64,000 bases of DNA from Verrucomicrobiia bacterium (GCA_963664225.1 OY760937.1:4512001-4576000), one strand, 5' to 3'. Counted from the stretch's first letter, positions 28,434-37,593 are shown. Notes: generated from the sequence alone by a model not told the origin. Translations and numbers: made by a program.

Positions 28434-29845
28434 AAGGTCCAGCCTTCGCGGTATTTTCGGCGGATCAGGACGTTGGCCTCTTTGTTGTTCGTTACCTCCA
28501 TCTTCTCACCGTTCCATAACAATGGCTTGTTGGGAAAGCGCACCGCCAGGTTGCCCATCAGCACCATTTCCGAAAGTGGGCCGGAATAGTCGAAATTCGA
28601 GCTGGCCGGTTTTCCGCCCTTGCAGGCGCGGACCCAGTCTTTTTCGTGTCCGTTCATCCCGCCGGGAATGCGATCGATGCTTTTGGGCACCTTTGCCACA
28701 TCGCTTCGCAATGTTTCCGGAAACACGCGTGGACTCAGACCGTAGCAGCCGCTGATCAAAACACCTTTGTCGCCCCGGAAAATCAGGCCGCCATCGCTAT
28801 CGCCCAACTCTTCGTCCGGCTCCAGGATTTCGGGACGTGGCGGCATCATGCCTCCATCCCACCAGGTTAGTTTGAGCTCGGGCAGGCCATCTCTGGCGGG
28901 AAATTTATAGCGCACAATGGTGGAGCGCGGGAAGTTTTCGTTTTTCGGATCCGTCTTTTTCCACAGGTCCTGCCAGTAGGTGGAGATGCAGCCTTCCACG
29001 CTGGTGGGATATTTGAGCTTCATGGCCCAGAAGGCGGCATCGAGGATGTGGCAGCCCAGATCGCCGAGCGAGCCGGTTCCAAAATCACACCAGGCACGCC
29101 AGGTGCCTGGCACATAGGCGGGATGGTAGGGACGGAGAGGCGCAGGCCCCAGCCACCGATCCCAATCAAGCCCGGCGGGCACGGGAGGTGTGTCTTTGGG
29201 GCGGTCCACTTCAACGCCCTGCGGCCAGACCGGGCGGTTGGTCCAGGCGTCGATTTCCTTCACGGTGCCAATGACACCGGCCTGGATCCACTCGCAGATC
29301 TGGCGGGTGCCATCCCCGGAATGTCCCTGGTTGCCCATCTGGGTGACAACCTTGTGTTCACGGGCGGCTTCGGTGATGGTGCGGGCTTCATGCACGGAAT
29401 AGGCCAGGGGCTTCTGCACATAGACATGTTTGCCGTGGCGAATGGCCTCCATGGCTATGACGGCGTGGGTGTGGTCGGGCGTGGCGATGATCACCGCATC
29501 GATGTCATTTTGCTTTTCCAGCATGTCGCGGTAGTCGCGATACAGTTTTGCCTTGGGAAATTCCTTGTAGGTCTTGGCCGCATAATCCTGATCAATATCG
29601 CAAAGCGCCACAATATTTTCCCCGGCGCATTGTTTGATATTATTGCCCCCCATGCCCCCCACGCCAATACCGGCAATATTCAACTTTTCGCCGGGCGCTT
29701 TCCCGCCTGCGGCTCGGACAAATACCGCAGGAGCCAGCGACAACGCGGCCGAAGTCAGCGCGGTTGTTTGCAGGAATTGACGGCGGGAGGCCGGTTTGGA
29801 AGTCGGAGAGTTGGCATCGTGCGGGGGTAAATTGTTGTTAATCAT
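28430..29845 (-). CDS. Tat-exported Gfo/Idh/MocA oxidoreductase
   Basis: SRRQFL Tat motif, GIGVGGMG, ATPDHTH, QKPL, GSLGDLGCH. Confidence 0.93.
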   Translation of the reverse strand: MINNNLPPHDANSPTSKPASRRQFLQTTALTSAALSLAPAVFVRAAGGKAPGEKLNIAGIGVGGMGGNNIKQCAGENIVALCDIDQDYAAKTYKEFPKAKLYRDYRDMLEKQNDIDAVIIATPDHTHAVIAMEAIRHGKHVYVQKPLAYSVHEARTITEAAREHKVVTQMGNQGHSGDGTRQICEWIQAGVIGTVKEIDAWTNRPVWPQGVEVDRPKDTPPVPAGLDWDRWLGPAPLRPYHPAYVPGTWRAWCDFGTGSLGDLGCHILDAAFWAMKLKYPTSVEGCISTYWQDLWKKTDPKNENFPRSTIVRYKFPARDGLPELKLTWWDGGMMPPRPEILEPDEELGDSDGGLIFRGDKGVLISGCYGLSPRVFPETLRSDVAKVPKSIDRIPGGMNGHEKDWVRACKGGKPASSNFDYSGPLSEMVLMGNLAVRFPNKPLLWNGEKMEVTNNKEANVLIRRKYREGWTL

Positions 29846-29884
29846 AGCGGTGTTCAGTCTTGTTGAAGAAAATGGAATTCAGTT

Positions 29885-30013
29885 CCGGCATTCCGTGCGA
29901 AGGCCAGACCATTTGGCACGGATAGGACGTTTATGGGCAAACGTTTAACAAACAATCTGGAGATTGTGTTTTCCACGGTTTCAAAGTGCCAAAAAACGTC
30001 CGGGAAATCAACC
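29885..30013. repeat. copy 2 of the duplicated leader segment
   Basis: Identical 25 bp core at 29946-29970. Flanks similar to 25880-26019. Confidence 0.85.
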
Positions 30014-30120
30014 ATTGCTGCACAACCTGCCGAAAAAAGAAGTGGGCCTGGCAACTCTTGTGACCAGGCCCACGACGACCGCCTTTTTTGAAGGCAGCCA
30101 TTAAACTGCATCCGAACCGT

Positions 30121-31287
30121 TTATGGCACCAGCACTGTGCGATAGAACCGGGTGTTGCTTAAAGGCGAACTGGAATCGATGATCATTTGAGGTGATATCG
30201 TCAGTTTGTTGGTGCTGAGAGAAATCCATGTGGCGGGTGCGATTTCGGTGGAATAGTCCACCCGATAGGTGTCTCCGATTTTGCCGGTGATTGTAATGAC
30301 TGGATAGAAATTGATGGCCGTTAGTGCAAGCACTGCCTCACTGCTGAAGACGGTGCTCACCGTATTGGCAATCCGGACGCGATAGCGGCCGATATCGTTG
30401 GCAGAGGCGTTGGCTATGGAGAGAGTGCTGGTCGTGGCGCCGGAGATATTGCCGCCATCGGAGATGTTGGTGTCGTTAATCTGCCATTGATATGTGGCCC
30501 CCGTGAGATTGGAGATGGTGACGGAAAAGGTGGCTGTACTGCCGGGTGAAACCGTAGTATTGCCAGGTTGCTGGGTGATTACAGGCGCACCGGCAGGCGC
30601 TTCGGATTCAAGATCGAAGGCATCCACGAAGAAGGATTGAGCGCCAGTAGTGCCATAAGCGTTGAGCAGGAAAGCGCCCGCGCGCACTGTGGCGGTGTTG
30701 GCCGGAGCTGTGAATTGGGGCGTGGTGAATATCGCCATGCTTCCGGGGCCGGAGTTTGGAAGGCCAGCTATTACCAGGTCCAGCGCATTGCTGGCGATGA
30801 CGGTGTTGGCGGAATCGAGAAACTCGACGACAAAAAAGGCCGAAGGCGCGGGGGTATTGGTATTAAAGAACGCGCAGAAGTTGGCCTCACCGGCGGCATA
30901 ACCGGACAAAGTGTATTTCGTTCCCTCCACGGCCGGGAGATCCTGATAGAAATAGACGGAAATTGCGTCGGCCACGGTGCCCTGGAATGGCTTGAAAAAA
31001 AGCCCAAAACCATCAGGTCCCTGGACGTTGCAAAAAGTTTCAGAGGAGCATCCGTCCTGGAAGGCACCGGAGACGGCCTTGGTGGCAACCACAGACCAGC
31101 CGGTTGGGGTGGCGTTGGCCTGAGGACCGACGGTGGTTGAGTCCAGGTTGGCGTTGACCAGATCATTAGCCTGGCCCAGGGAGGCCCCAAAGGCCAGCAG
31201 GGATAATGCGACCGTCACAGAGAGCGCCCGGCCAAGTGGCATTGATGTCGCGTGGGGGGTATTTGTTCGTGCTGATTTCATAGCCAT
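30121..31287 (-). CDS. secreted protein: carbohydrate-binding-like jelly-roll + Ig domain + C-terminal RFYR domain
   Basis: Signal peptide. NDLVNANLD start. Ig motif YQWQ...DIGRYRV. Ends TRFYRTVLVP. Confidence 0.82.
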   Translation of the reverse strand: MAMKSARTNTPHATSMPLGRALSVTVALSLLAFGASLGQANDLVNANLDSTTVGPQANATPTGWSVVATKAVSGAFQDGCSSETFCNVQGPDGFGLFFKPFQGTVADAISVYFYQDLPAVEGTKYTLSGYAAGEANFCAFFNTNTPAPSAFFVVEFLDSANTVIASNALDLVIAGLPNSGPGSMAIFTTPQFTAPANTATVRAGAFLLNAYGTTGAQSFFVDAFDLESEAPAGAPVITQQPGNTTVSPGSTATFSVTISNLTGATYQWQINDTNISDGGNISGATTSTLSIANASANDIGRYRVRIANTVSTVFSSEAVLALTAINFYPVITITGKIGDTYRVDYSTEIAPATWISLSTNKLTISPQMIIDSSSPLSNTRFYRTVLVP

Positions 31288-31598
31288 TCTTTCGTTTTTG
31301 TTGTACTGGTTTAGCCTGTAGTGGTGGAAAATGTCTTTGAGGTGATCAACTCTTGGCATCAGTTTGGACAATGGATCGCCATTGCTGAGGTCATGCGAAG
31401 TGCAAAACGGTCACGCGGCGCATCCATGAGAAGCCTCATTTCATATCTCAACTCCTATTGATCTGGTCGGCTTGCGGAAATGAGCGCAAATAACGCACGC
31501 CCCAAGCTATGTCCATCTAAAATACGATGGAGATCGACTTCTTAATATCGGCGCTGATTACAAATTCGCAAGTTGAACTTCAGAGGAAGCTTTATCCC

Positions 31599-33407
31599 CT
31601 ATGGCGGGCCGAATTGGAAAACGCGATAAAACCGCTGGCTGGCGCCAAAGGGAGGCGTTGCCGTGTCCGGTGGCCCGCCATCAATCCAGGTTACGGCGGG
31701 ACTCTGCGCCAGTGCGAGAGTCGGCAGGCTGAACCATGTCAATAAGTCGGGGGAGTATTCAACTTGGTAATAGGAACCAGTAAGGGAATCCCAGATGAGA
31801 GTTATGGCATTCTGTCCAGAGACTGGCTTGAGGATTGGACGCATGGAAGAGAGCGAAACGAATCCTGCTTTCTGAAGTCCGCGTTGGATTTCCTGGTTTC
31901 GCATGAATCGGCGCCAAACCTTCTGTGTGCGATAGTTTTCGATGGCGATGACGATAGGTCCCTGGTCGATCCCCACTTCGTCCGGACCCCACCACTGTGC
32001 GCCCTGGTTGAAGGCATCCCGGAAACCGTATCCGGTCCAGACGTTTCGCCGGAAGTGGCTGTAAAAGTAACGCAAAGCAGGTATGGAGACTTCCGGCGTG
32101 AACACAAGAGAACCCCCGGCGGCCGTGGGGGCAATCGTGCCATCGTCGTTCTGGCTCGGAGGCGCGCCCCGGGCCGCATACCCGTTTGGTCCATCGCAAG
32201 CGGTTAATCCCCAGACGTTGCTGGAATAGCCGGCCCGGCTCAGTGGATTGACAATGCAATAAGCCCGTTGGGCGAGGGTGGCGCGCCTTGAATTCACGAA
32301 ATAGGTGGTGTTGTGGTTATTCATGTAGGCGTCAGCGATGTGGCGAAAGTCAATCCAGCAATGGGAATACTGGTGCCCAAATAGCGGCGGAAACTCGATA
32401 AACGAATAGTTGGCATAATTCGTCCAGGTGTAACCGCTGGTCCATTGATCCCACGCCGAGGCAGGCAGGGAGTTGCCGGCTGACCCCAAGCCCAGGAGAT
32501 AAAGAATCATGGCCTCGTTGTAGCCAATCCAGTTGGCCGTGAGAAAACCCGATTCGGGCTTCCACCCCATTGCGATCGCGTTCGTTCCGCGCGCCATCCA
32601 GCTCCAATCGACACGGTTGTAAATGGCATCGGCCATGGACCGAATCTCGGTTTCGGTAGAGTTCGTGTTGTCGAAATACTGTTTGGCGTAGAGGACTCCT
32701 GCCAGGAGCAAGGCGGTATCAATCGACGAGAGTTCGGAGTTATAGGGAGCATACCGCACTCCGGTGTTCATATCCAGAAAGTGGTAAAACCATCCCTTAT
32801 AACCGGTTTTTCCAGAGGCCTCTGGTCCTTGCGGCCCATTAAGTAAACTGCTTAACGTCGTTCGTACCCGCTCCAGACCCTGCGTTCGTGAAATCCATCC
32901 ATGGTCGATGCCAATGCCAATGGCTGTGAGTCCGAATCCCACGGCAGCAATGCTGCATGGTGCAGCTGAGGGGAGTCGATCCGGGATCAGCCCGTTTACC
33001 GGGTTGGCGCCATACCAAAAGTAATCGAAACTGGTTTGCTGGACGTATTCCAGGAATTCATCGTCGCCCGTAAAAGCGTGCGGCAGAGCCGCAAGCGTTT
33101 CTGACGCGCTGCTTTCTGCGGCCGCGGTGGTTACCGCCGAGACGCGATAGTAGTTGGTCTGACCATTGACGACATTCAAGTCGCAAAAGCTGGGAGTCGT
33201 CAGCAAACTTGAGTTTTGCAAGTTAAACGGACCATCGCCGGCAGAGGATCGGTAAACACGGTAACCGGCGACGTTGGTTTCAATCGAGGATTCCCAGTGC
33301 AACACAACGCTTTGATCGCCCGTTCGGCTTGTCAAACCGGAAGGGGGTTGAATGGCGAATGCCGTCAACTGATACGCCAACCAAACCAAAGCCAGAGCGT
33401 GTTTCAT
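31599..33407 (-). CDS. secreted FN3 + GH144-like (DUF3131/glycoamylase) endo-beta-1,2-glucanase with C-terminal RFYR domain
   Basis: FN3 (GYRVYRS, YYRVSAV). SIAAVGFGL, GWFYHF, SSIDTALL, GYNEAMILY, PLFGHQYSH, WGLTACD, GFRDAFN, GIDQGP. Confidence 0.85.
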   Translation of the reverse strand: MKHALALVWLAYQLTAFAIQPPSGLTSRTGDQSVVLHWESSIETNVAGYRVYRSSAGDGPFNLQNSSLLTTPSFCDLNVVNGQTNYYRVSAVTTAAAESSASETLAALPHAFTGDDEFLEYVQQTSFDYFWYGANPVNGLIPDRLPSAAPCSIAAVGFGLTAIGIGIDHGWISRTQGLERVRTTLSSLLNGPQGPEASGKTGYKGWFYHFLDMNTGVRYAPYNSELSSIDTALLLAGVLYAKQYFDNTNSTETEIRSMADAIYNRVDWSWMARGTNAIAMGWKPESGFLTANWIGYNEAMILYLLGLGSAGNSLPASAWDQWTSGYTWTNYANYSFIEFPPLFGHQYSHCWIDFRHIADAYMNNHNTTYFVNSRRATLAQRAYCIVNPLSRAGYSSNVWGLTACDGPNGYAARGAPPSQNDDGTIAPTAAGGSLVFTPEVSIPALRYFYSHFRRNVWTGYGFRDAFNQGAQWWGPDEVGIDQGPIVIAIENYRTQKVWRRFMRNQEIQRGLQKAGFVSLSSMRPILKPVSGQNAITLIWDSLTGSYYQVEYSPDLLTWFSLPTLALAQSPAVTWIDGGPPDTATPPFGASQRFYRVFQFGPP

Positions 33408-33417
33408 ATCGCGTTAT

Positions 33418-33485
33418 TTGACAGTGCGTGATGACATGCGATTATGATAAGGCGGAGTTCGTATTACTTCAACTCTGACATGTCA
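33418..33485 (+). promoter_or_regulatory. putative divergent promoter region with TTGACA and palindrome TGACATGTCA
   Basis: TTGACA at 33418 and TATGAT at 33443 (long spacer). TGACA occurs three times, with a dyad at 33476-33485. Confidence 0.35.
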
Positions 33486-33495
33486 CTTCGTATTT

Positions 33496-36174
33496 ATGAA
33501 AAAAGGCGTAATAATCCAGGCGGCCTGCAATGGCATTCAGATTCTCCTTGGGGCTCGCGTTGTCATATTCCTCTTTTCCGCGTCGATTCTTTTGATGTTT
33601 TCGACAAGCCCTGCCTTGGGCGGCAACCTGCTCGTGAATCCCAGTTTTGAATCGAACGGAGGGCATGTCGTTCCGTTTGGGTGGACCTATTTTTCGCCGC
33701 CGCCGCCCTCAGGTTATTTTGGCAATTATTGGGTGGAGAGCAACGTGCCCGCGCAATCTGGAACGCTCTATTGGAAGCAGTGGGGCGCCCTGTATCTGAC
33801 CGCTCCAACGAATAATGTGGCGGGCATTTATGAGGATTTCAGCAGCGCCCCTGGATCTGTATATACAGCCAACGGATGGTTTTATACCGCAAGCTCGGAC
33901 CTGCTCGGGCCCGATTGCGTCACCTGGATTGAAGTTTCGTTTCTGGGTGCGGGCAGCAACGTTCTGGCGTTGTATAAATCGGATGACTTCTCAGCCGCAG
34001 CGGGAGCTGATGCATGGCATTCATATGACGTGACCCAGGTTTGCGACCTGACCGTCCCCATCGCCACCGGCGACCCATATTACACCAACTATGCGGTGAG
34101 CGGCGTGATAAGCCAGATGGTCGCGCCGGTCGGGACGAAGACGGTCCGTTATCGGTTTGCGTATCTGCAGTCCGGCAAGCAAGGGGGTTCTTGTTATTTT
34201 GACAATTCCGTCCTGAACCAGGTGAGTGGTCCGCTCCCGCCTCTGATTGGCAACGTTTCACCCTTGAACATGATCTTCGTCGATCCGGCTGACGGCATCA
34301 CTTTCAACGCCAGTTCGCCCAGCGGATTCACAATCAACGACATTCGACTGATCGTGAACGGGTTGGATGTATCCACGAATCTTGTTATCAGCGGCTCGAC
34401 ATCAAACAAAAACGTCGCGTATCACGGGCTCAAATCCAACATGACTTACAACGCCTCCATTACAGTGTCCGATGCATTGGGATCCAGTGCCACCACGGAC
34501 ACCTACTTTGAGACCACCTGGGTTGGCGTGCCGCCTGTGGTGTATCTATGGGAAGCGGAGGATTTTGATTTCTCGAGCGGGCAATATTACAACAACCCGG
34601 ACTTGTGCATCGAAATCGGTCATACGAACTGTTACTATGGCACAGTGGGCGTGGAAGGTGTTGACGAGCACAAAACAGGCAGTGCCCCCAACCACATGTA
34701 CCGGCCCGATGACGCGGTTTCAATTGGCGTTTCGGGTGACTTCCAGCGCAAGAACCTGGCGGCTGCTGGCCGGGCCGATTACCGGATCGATCCGTTCATC
34801 AGCGGCGAATGGTTGAATTATACCCGGGATTGGTCGAGCAACACCTATTGGATTTATGCCCGTGCGGCCACTGGGGAAGGTCTTTCCGGGTCGCTGACCT
34901 TGAGCCTGGTCAACGCGGATGCGACCACCACAGACCTGGGAACCTTCTCCGTGGATAACGGACGAGGCTGGACTAGCTACGACAATGTTCCGCTCTTGGA
35001 CACCAACGGCAGTCTGGTAAATGTTCCCCTCAGCGGCAAAGCCACTCTGCGGGTTACGAGCGTCGGCAATCTCCTCCCGAACTTTTTCATGCTCACGCCC
35101 GCACAGATCGACTTGCCGGTGATTAGCAATTTGTATCCCACCGGGAAACATCCGTTTGAGCCAACGAACGCGCTTAGCTTTACAGTCACCACGACGGGAT
35201 CTGCTTTTCCCACCAACGGAATCAAGCTCATTCTGGATGGCGTCGATGTTTCATCCCAACTGCTCTTCACTGGCTCGGAATCGACTCAACAGGTGGTTTA
35301 TCCCACCTTAGCGTCCAACACCACGCACACTGCGACCATTACGGCCACGAATTCCCTGGGCCACGGCATCTTTGTGTCCAATCAATTCGATACCTTCAGC
35401 CAGGACAATTACATGGTGGAAGCGGAGGATTTCGACTACGACAGCGGACAGTTTGTGGCCGATTGGATTCCCGGGTCTTATGCCGCGCTGGGAGCGAATC
35501 CTGAAATTGACTTCCACCACACCACGCTCGACGGGGAACAGTATCCCTACCGCGGCGCCGGCATTCCCGAGGAAATTGCGCGTGACTACATCCGACAGGT
35601 GTTCCTGGATTGGGGCGCAACGGATTACCACCTCGCATATTATGGGGCGTTGGATTGGGCGGATTATACGCGTTTGTATCCCACGAACCAGTTCCACGTT
35701 TACGTCCGATCCGGCGGCTTTGGTGACTTTTCGATGGAACTGGCGAAAGTCGTCAGCGGTGCAGGCACAACCAACCAGGTCACACAATCGCTCGGTGTCT
35801 GGCAGGCGTCCGGGCGTGACAATCAAACCCATGAATGGGTGCTTTTGACCACGGCGGGATCGGCAACACCCGCGTCGGTGAAGTTGGGCGGCCTGGCGAC
35901 TCTACGCCTCTCGACCAGCACGGGAAACTGTCATCCCAGCTATTTCATGTTCGTCCCGGCGGTGGACCTTGTCTTGTCGGCAAAGACTGCGGGAACCAAC
36001 GTGGTCATTTCATTTCCGACGCATCCGGGGGTGCATTACCGATTGCTTTATCGCAACGACCTTTCGACCGGAAGTTGGAACCTGCTGACAAACCTGTTTG
36101 GGGACGGCTCGGTTCAATCTGTAAGTGAACCCGCGATTGAAGCACAACGATTCTACAGGATCGCCACCCCGTGA
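33496..36174 (+). CDS. large secreted multi-CBM protein (jelly-roll + 2x [Ig-like + CBM6/35-like]) with C-terminal RFYR domain
   Basis: Signal peptide then NLLVNPSFE. Duplicated EAEDFD modules. GEWLNYT. Ends QRFYRIATP. Confidence 0.82.
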   Translation: MKKGVIIQAACNGIQILLGARVVIFLFSASILLMFSTSPALGGNLLVNPSFESNGGHVVPFGWTYFSPPPPSGYFGNYWVESNVPAQSGTLYWKQWGALYLTAPTNNVAGIYEDFSSAPGSVYTANGWFYTASSDLLGPDCVTWIEVSFLGAGSNVLALYKSDDFSAAAGADAWHSYDVTQVCDLTVPIATGDPYYTNYAVSGVISQMVAPVGTKTVRYRFAYLQSGKQGGSCYFDNSVLNQVSGPLPPLIGNVSPLNMIFVDPADGITFNASSPSGFTINDIRLIVNGLDVSTNLVISGSTSNKNVAYHGLKSNMTYNASITVSDALGSSATTDTYFETTWVGVPPVVYLWEAEDFDFSSGQYYNNPDLCIEIGHTNCYYGTVGVEGVDEHKTGSAPNHMYRPDDAVSIGVSGDFQRKNLAAAGRADYRIDPFISGEWLNYTRDWSSNTYWIYARAATGEGLSGSLTLSLVNADATTTDLGTFSVDNGRGWTSYDNVPLLDTNGSLVNVPLSGKATLRVTSVGNLLPNFFMLTPAQIDLPVISNLYPTGKHPFEPTNALSFTVTTTGSAFPTNGIKLILDGVDVSSQLLFTGSESTQQVVYPTLASNTTHTATITATNSLGHGIFVSNQFDTFSQDNYMVEAEDFDYDSGQFVADWIPGSYAALGANPEIDFHHTTLDGEQYPYRGAGIPEEIARDYIRQVFLDWGATDYHLAYYGALDWADYTRLYPTNQFHVYVRSGGFGDFSMELAKVVSGAGTTNQVTQSLGVWQASGRDNQTHEWVLLTTAGSATPASVKLGGLATLRLSTSTGNCHPSYFMFVPAVDLVLSAKTAGTNVVISFPTHPGVHYRLLYRNDLSTGSWNLLTNLFGDGSVQSVSEPAIEAQRFYRIATP

Positions 36175-36269
36175 TGCAGGTTTCAGGGCAGGTTGCAAGG
36201 GCGGGAAGGATTACAAAGAAGCCAGAGCGAAGTCTGTTGCACTTCTTCGTGCCTTGTATGCGCTGTGAG

Positions 36270-36509
36270 TCAAAAGTAACGGTCAACCGGGATGATCCTC
36301 CGACGCTGCTGATCCACGGCGATAAAGACGAATTGGTAAATTTCAACCAAAGCCAGTATATTTACGATGCGTTTCGGACGAATGACGTGACCTGCCAGTT
36401 GATCGTGATGGAAGGCGCCGGACAAGGTTTCAAGGGCGAGGACGATGCGCGCGCCGCCAAGGCGTTGGTCAACTGGTTCGACCATTACCTCGCAAAGAAA
36501 AAGACGTAA
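36270..36509 (+). pseudogene. C-terminal remnant of an alpha/beta-hydrolase (S9/BD-FAE-like esterase)
   Basis: DDPPTLLIHGDKDELV..QS is present but there is no N-terminal half or GxSxG. The catalytic GAGHGF reads GAGQGF. Confidence 0.65.
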
Positions 36510-36528
36510 TCTTTAACCTCTGGAATTT

Positions 36529-37593
36529 ATGCGGACAAAAATCCTGAACATTTCGCCGACAGTTCTAATCCTGGCCATGGGTTTGGCCTGCGGTCCTCTC
36601 GTGATTGGTCAAACCGTGTCGGCGGTCTCGCTAAGCACGAATTCCGGTGAAGTTCCAGTGAAGGCAGCGGGAACCACCCTGAGCTGGAAACCCTTGACCC
36701 CCATGCCAGAAGAGCGTTTCGAGCATGGGTGTGCCGTGGTGGACGGATGTTTTTATGTCTTCGGCGGTTATGGCAATGGTGTCAATGCTAGCAAACATGT
36801 CATGGCCTTCGATTTGGCCAAAGGTCAATGGCGACGGCTCCACGACATGCCAAGCGCCATTACGCACATGAACACCGTCGTTGACGGCAGGTTTGTCTGG
36901 ATCGCTGGCGGTTACAAGGATAGTCATCCGGGTTTTGCAATCGATGAGGTTTGGAAATATGACGTGGATAAGGACCTTTTCATAGCCGCTCCGTCACTGC
37001 CCGGGCTGCGAGCGGGAGGCGGGCTCGCGCTGGTTGGCCGACGGCTCCATTATATCAGCGGATTGATGGATCGGGACAATGACTCGGCAGATCATTGGGT
37101 GCTCAATCTCGAGGCCGCAGACGCGGCTTTCAAGTGGGAGAGTGCCGCACCGATTCCCGCGCCTCGCAATCAATTCAGCACCGTGGTCTTAAAGGGCAAA
37201 ATCTACGTGATTGGCGGCCAGGTTCATCACGACAGCCGGTACGGCAAACCGGCCCTGGACCAGACGCGTGTGGACCTATACGACCCGGTATCCGATTCGT
37301 GGAGCGCCGGACCGGGGATGCCGAAGCCCAATTCACACACCGAGAACAGCACGTTCGCTTACGAGGGACAGGTCTATGTGATCGGGGGGCGGAGCGTGGA
37401 CCATTTTGAAGACGCCATATGGGTGCTTTCTCCCGCAGGTAATTGGAGTCAGTATGGCGTGTTACCCTTTCCGCTTCTTGGACCCGCAGCCAGGATTATA
37501 GACGGCCAGCTTGTCATTGCGGGCGGAGCGCTCAAGGGATTCGAGACGCTGGCGCAGGTCTGGGTGCAGGACTTGACGCCGAAAGCGAGGTAA
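36529..37593 (+). CDS. secreted Kelch-repeat beta-propeller (NanM/galactose oxidase-like)
   Basis: Signal peptide. Repeats YVFGG, WIAGG, HYISG, YVIGG (twice), VIAGG. Confidence 0.88.
   Translation: MRTKILNISPTVLILAMGLACGPLVIGQTVSAVSLSTNSGEVPVKAAGTTLSWKPLTPMPEERFEHGCAVVDGCFYVFGGYGNGVNASKHVMAFDLAKGQWRRLHDMPSAITHMNTVVDGRFVWIAGGYKDSHPGFAIDEVWKYDVDKDLFIAAPSLPGLRAGGGLALVGRRLHYISGLMDRDNDSADHWVLNLEAADAAFKWESAAPIPAPRNQFSTVVLKGKIYVIGGQVHHDSRYGKPALDQTRVDLYDPVSDSWSAGPGMPKPNSHTENSTFAYEGQVYVIGGRSVDHFEDAIWVLSPAGNWSQYGVLPFPLLGPAARIIDGQLVIAGGALKGFETLAQVWVQDLTPKAR

Noticed and set aside
31436..31456. Minus-strand AGGAG followed by an ATG-AAA-TGA minigene upstream of the 30121-31287 gene
   Set aside because: Too short to distinguish from chance without conservation data.
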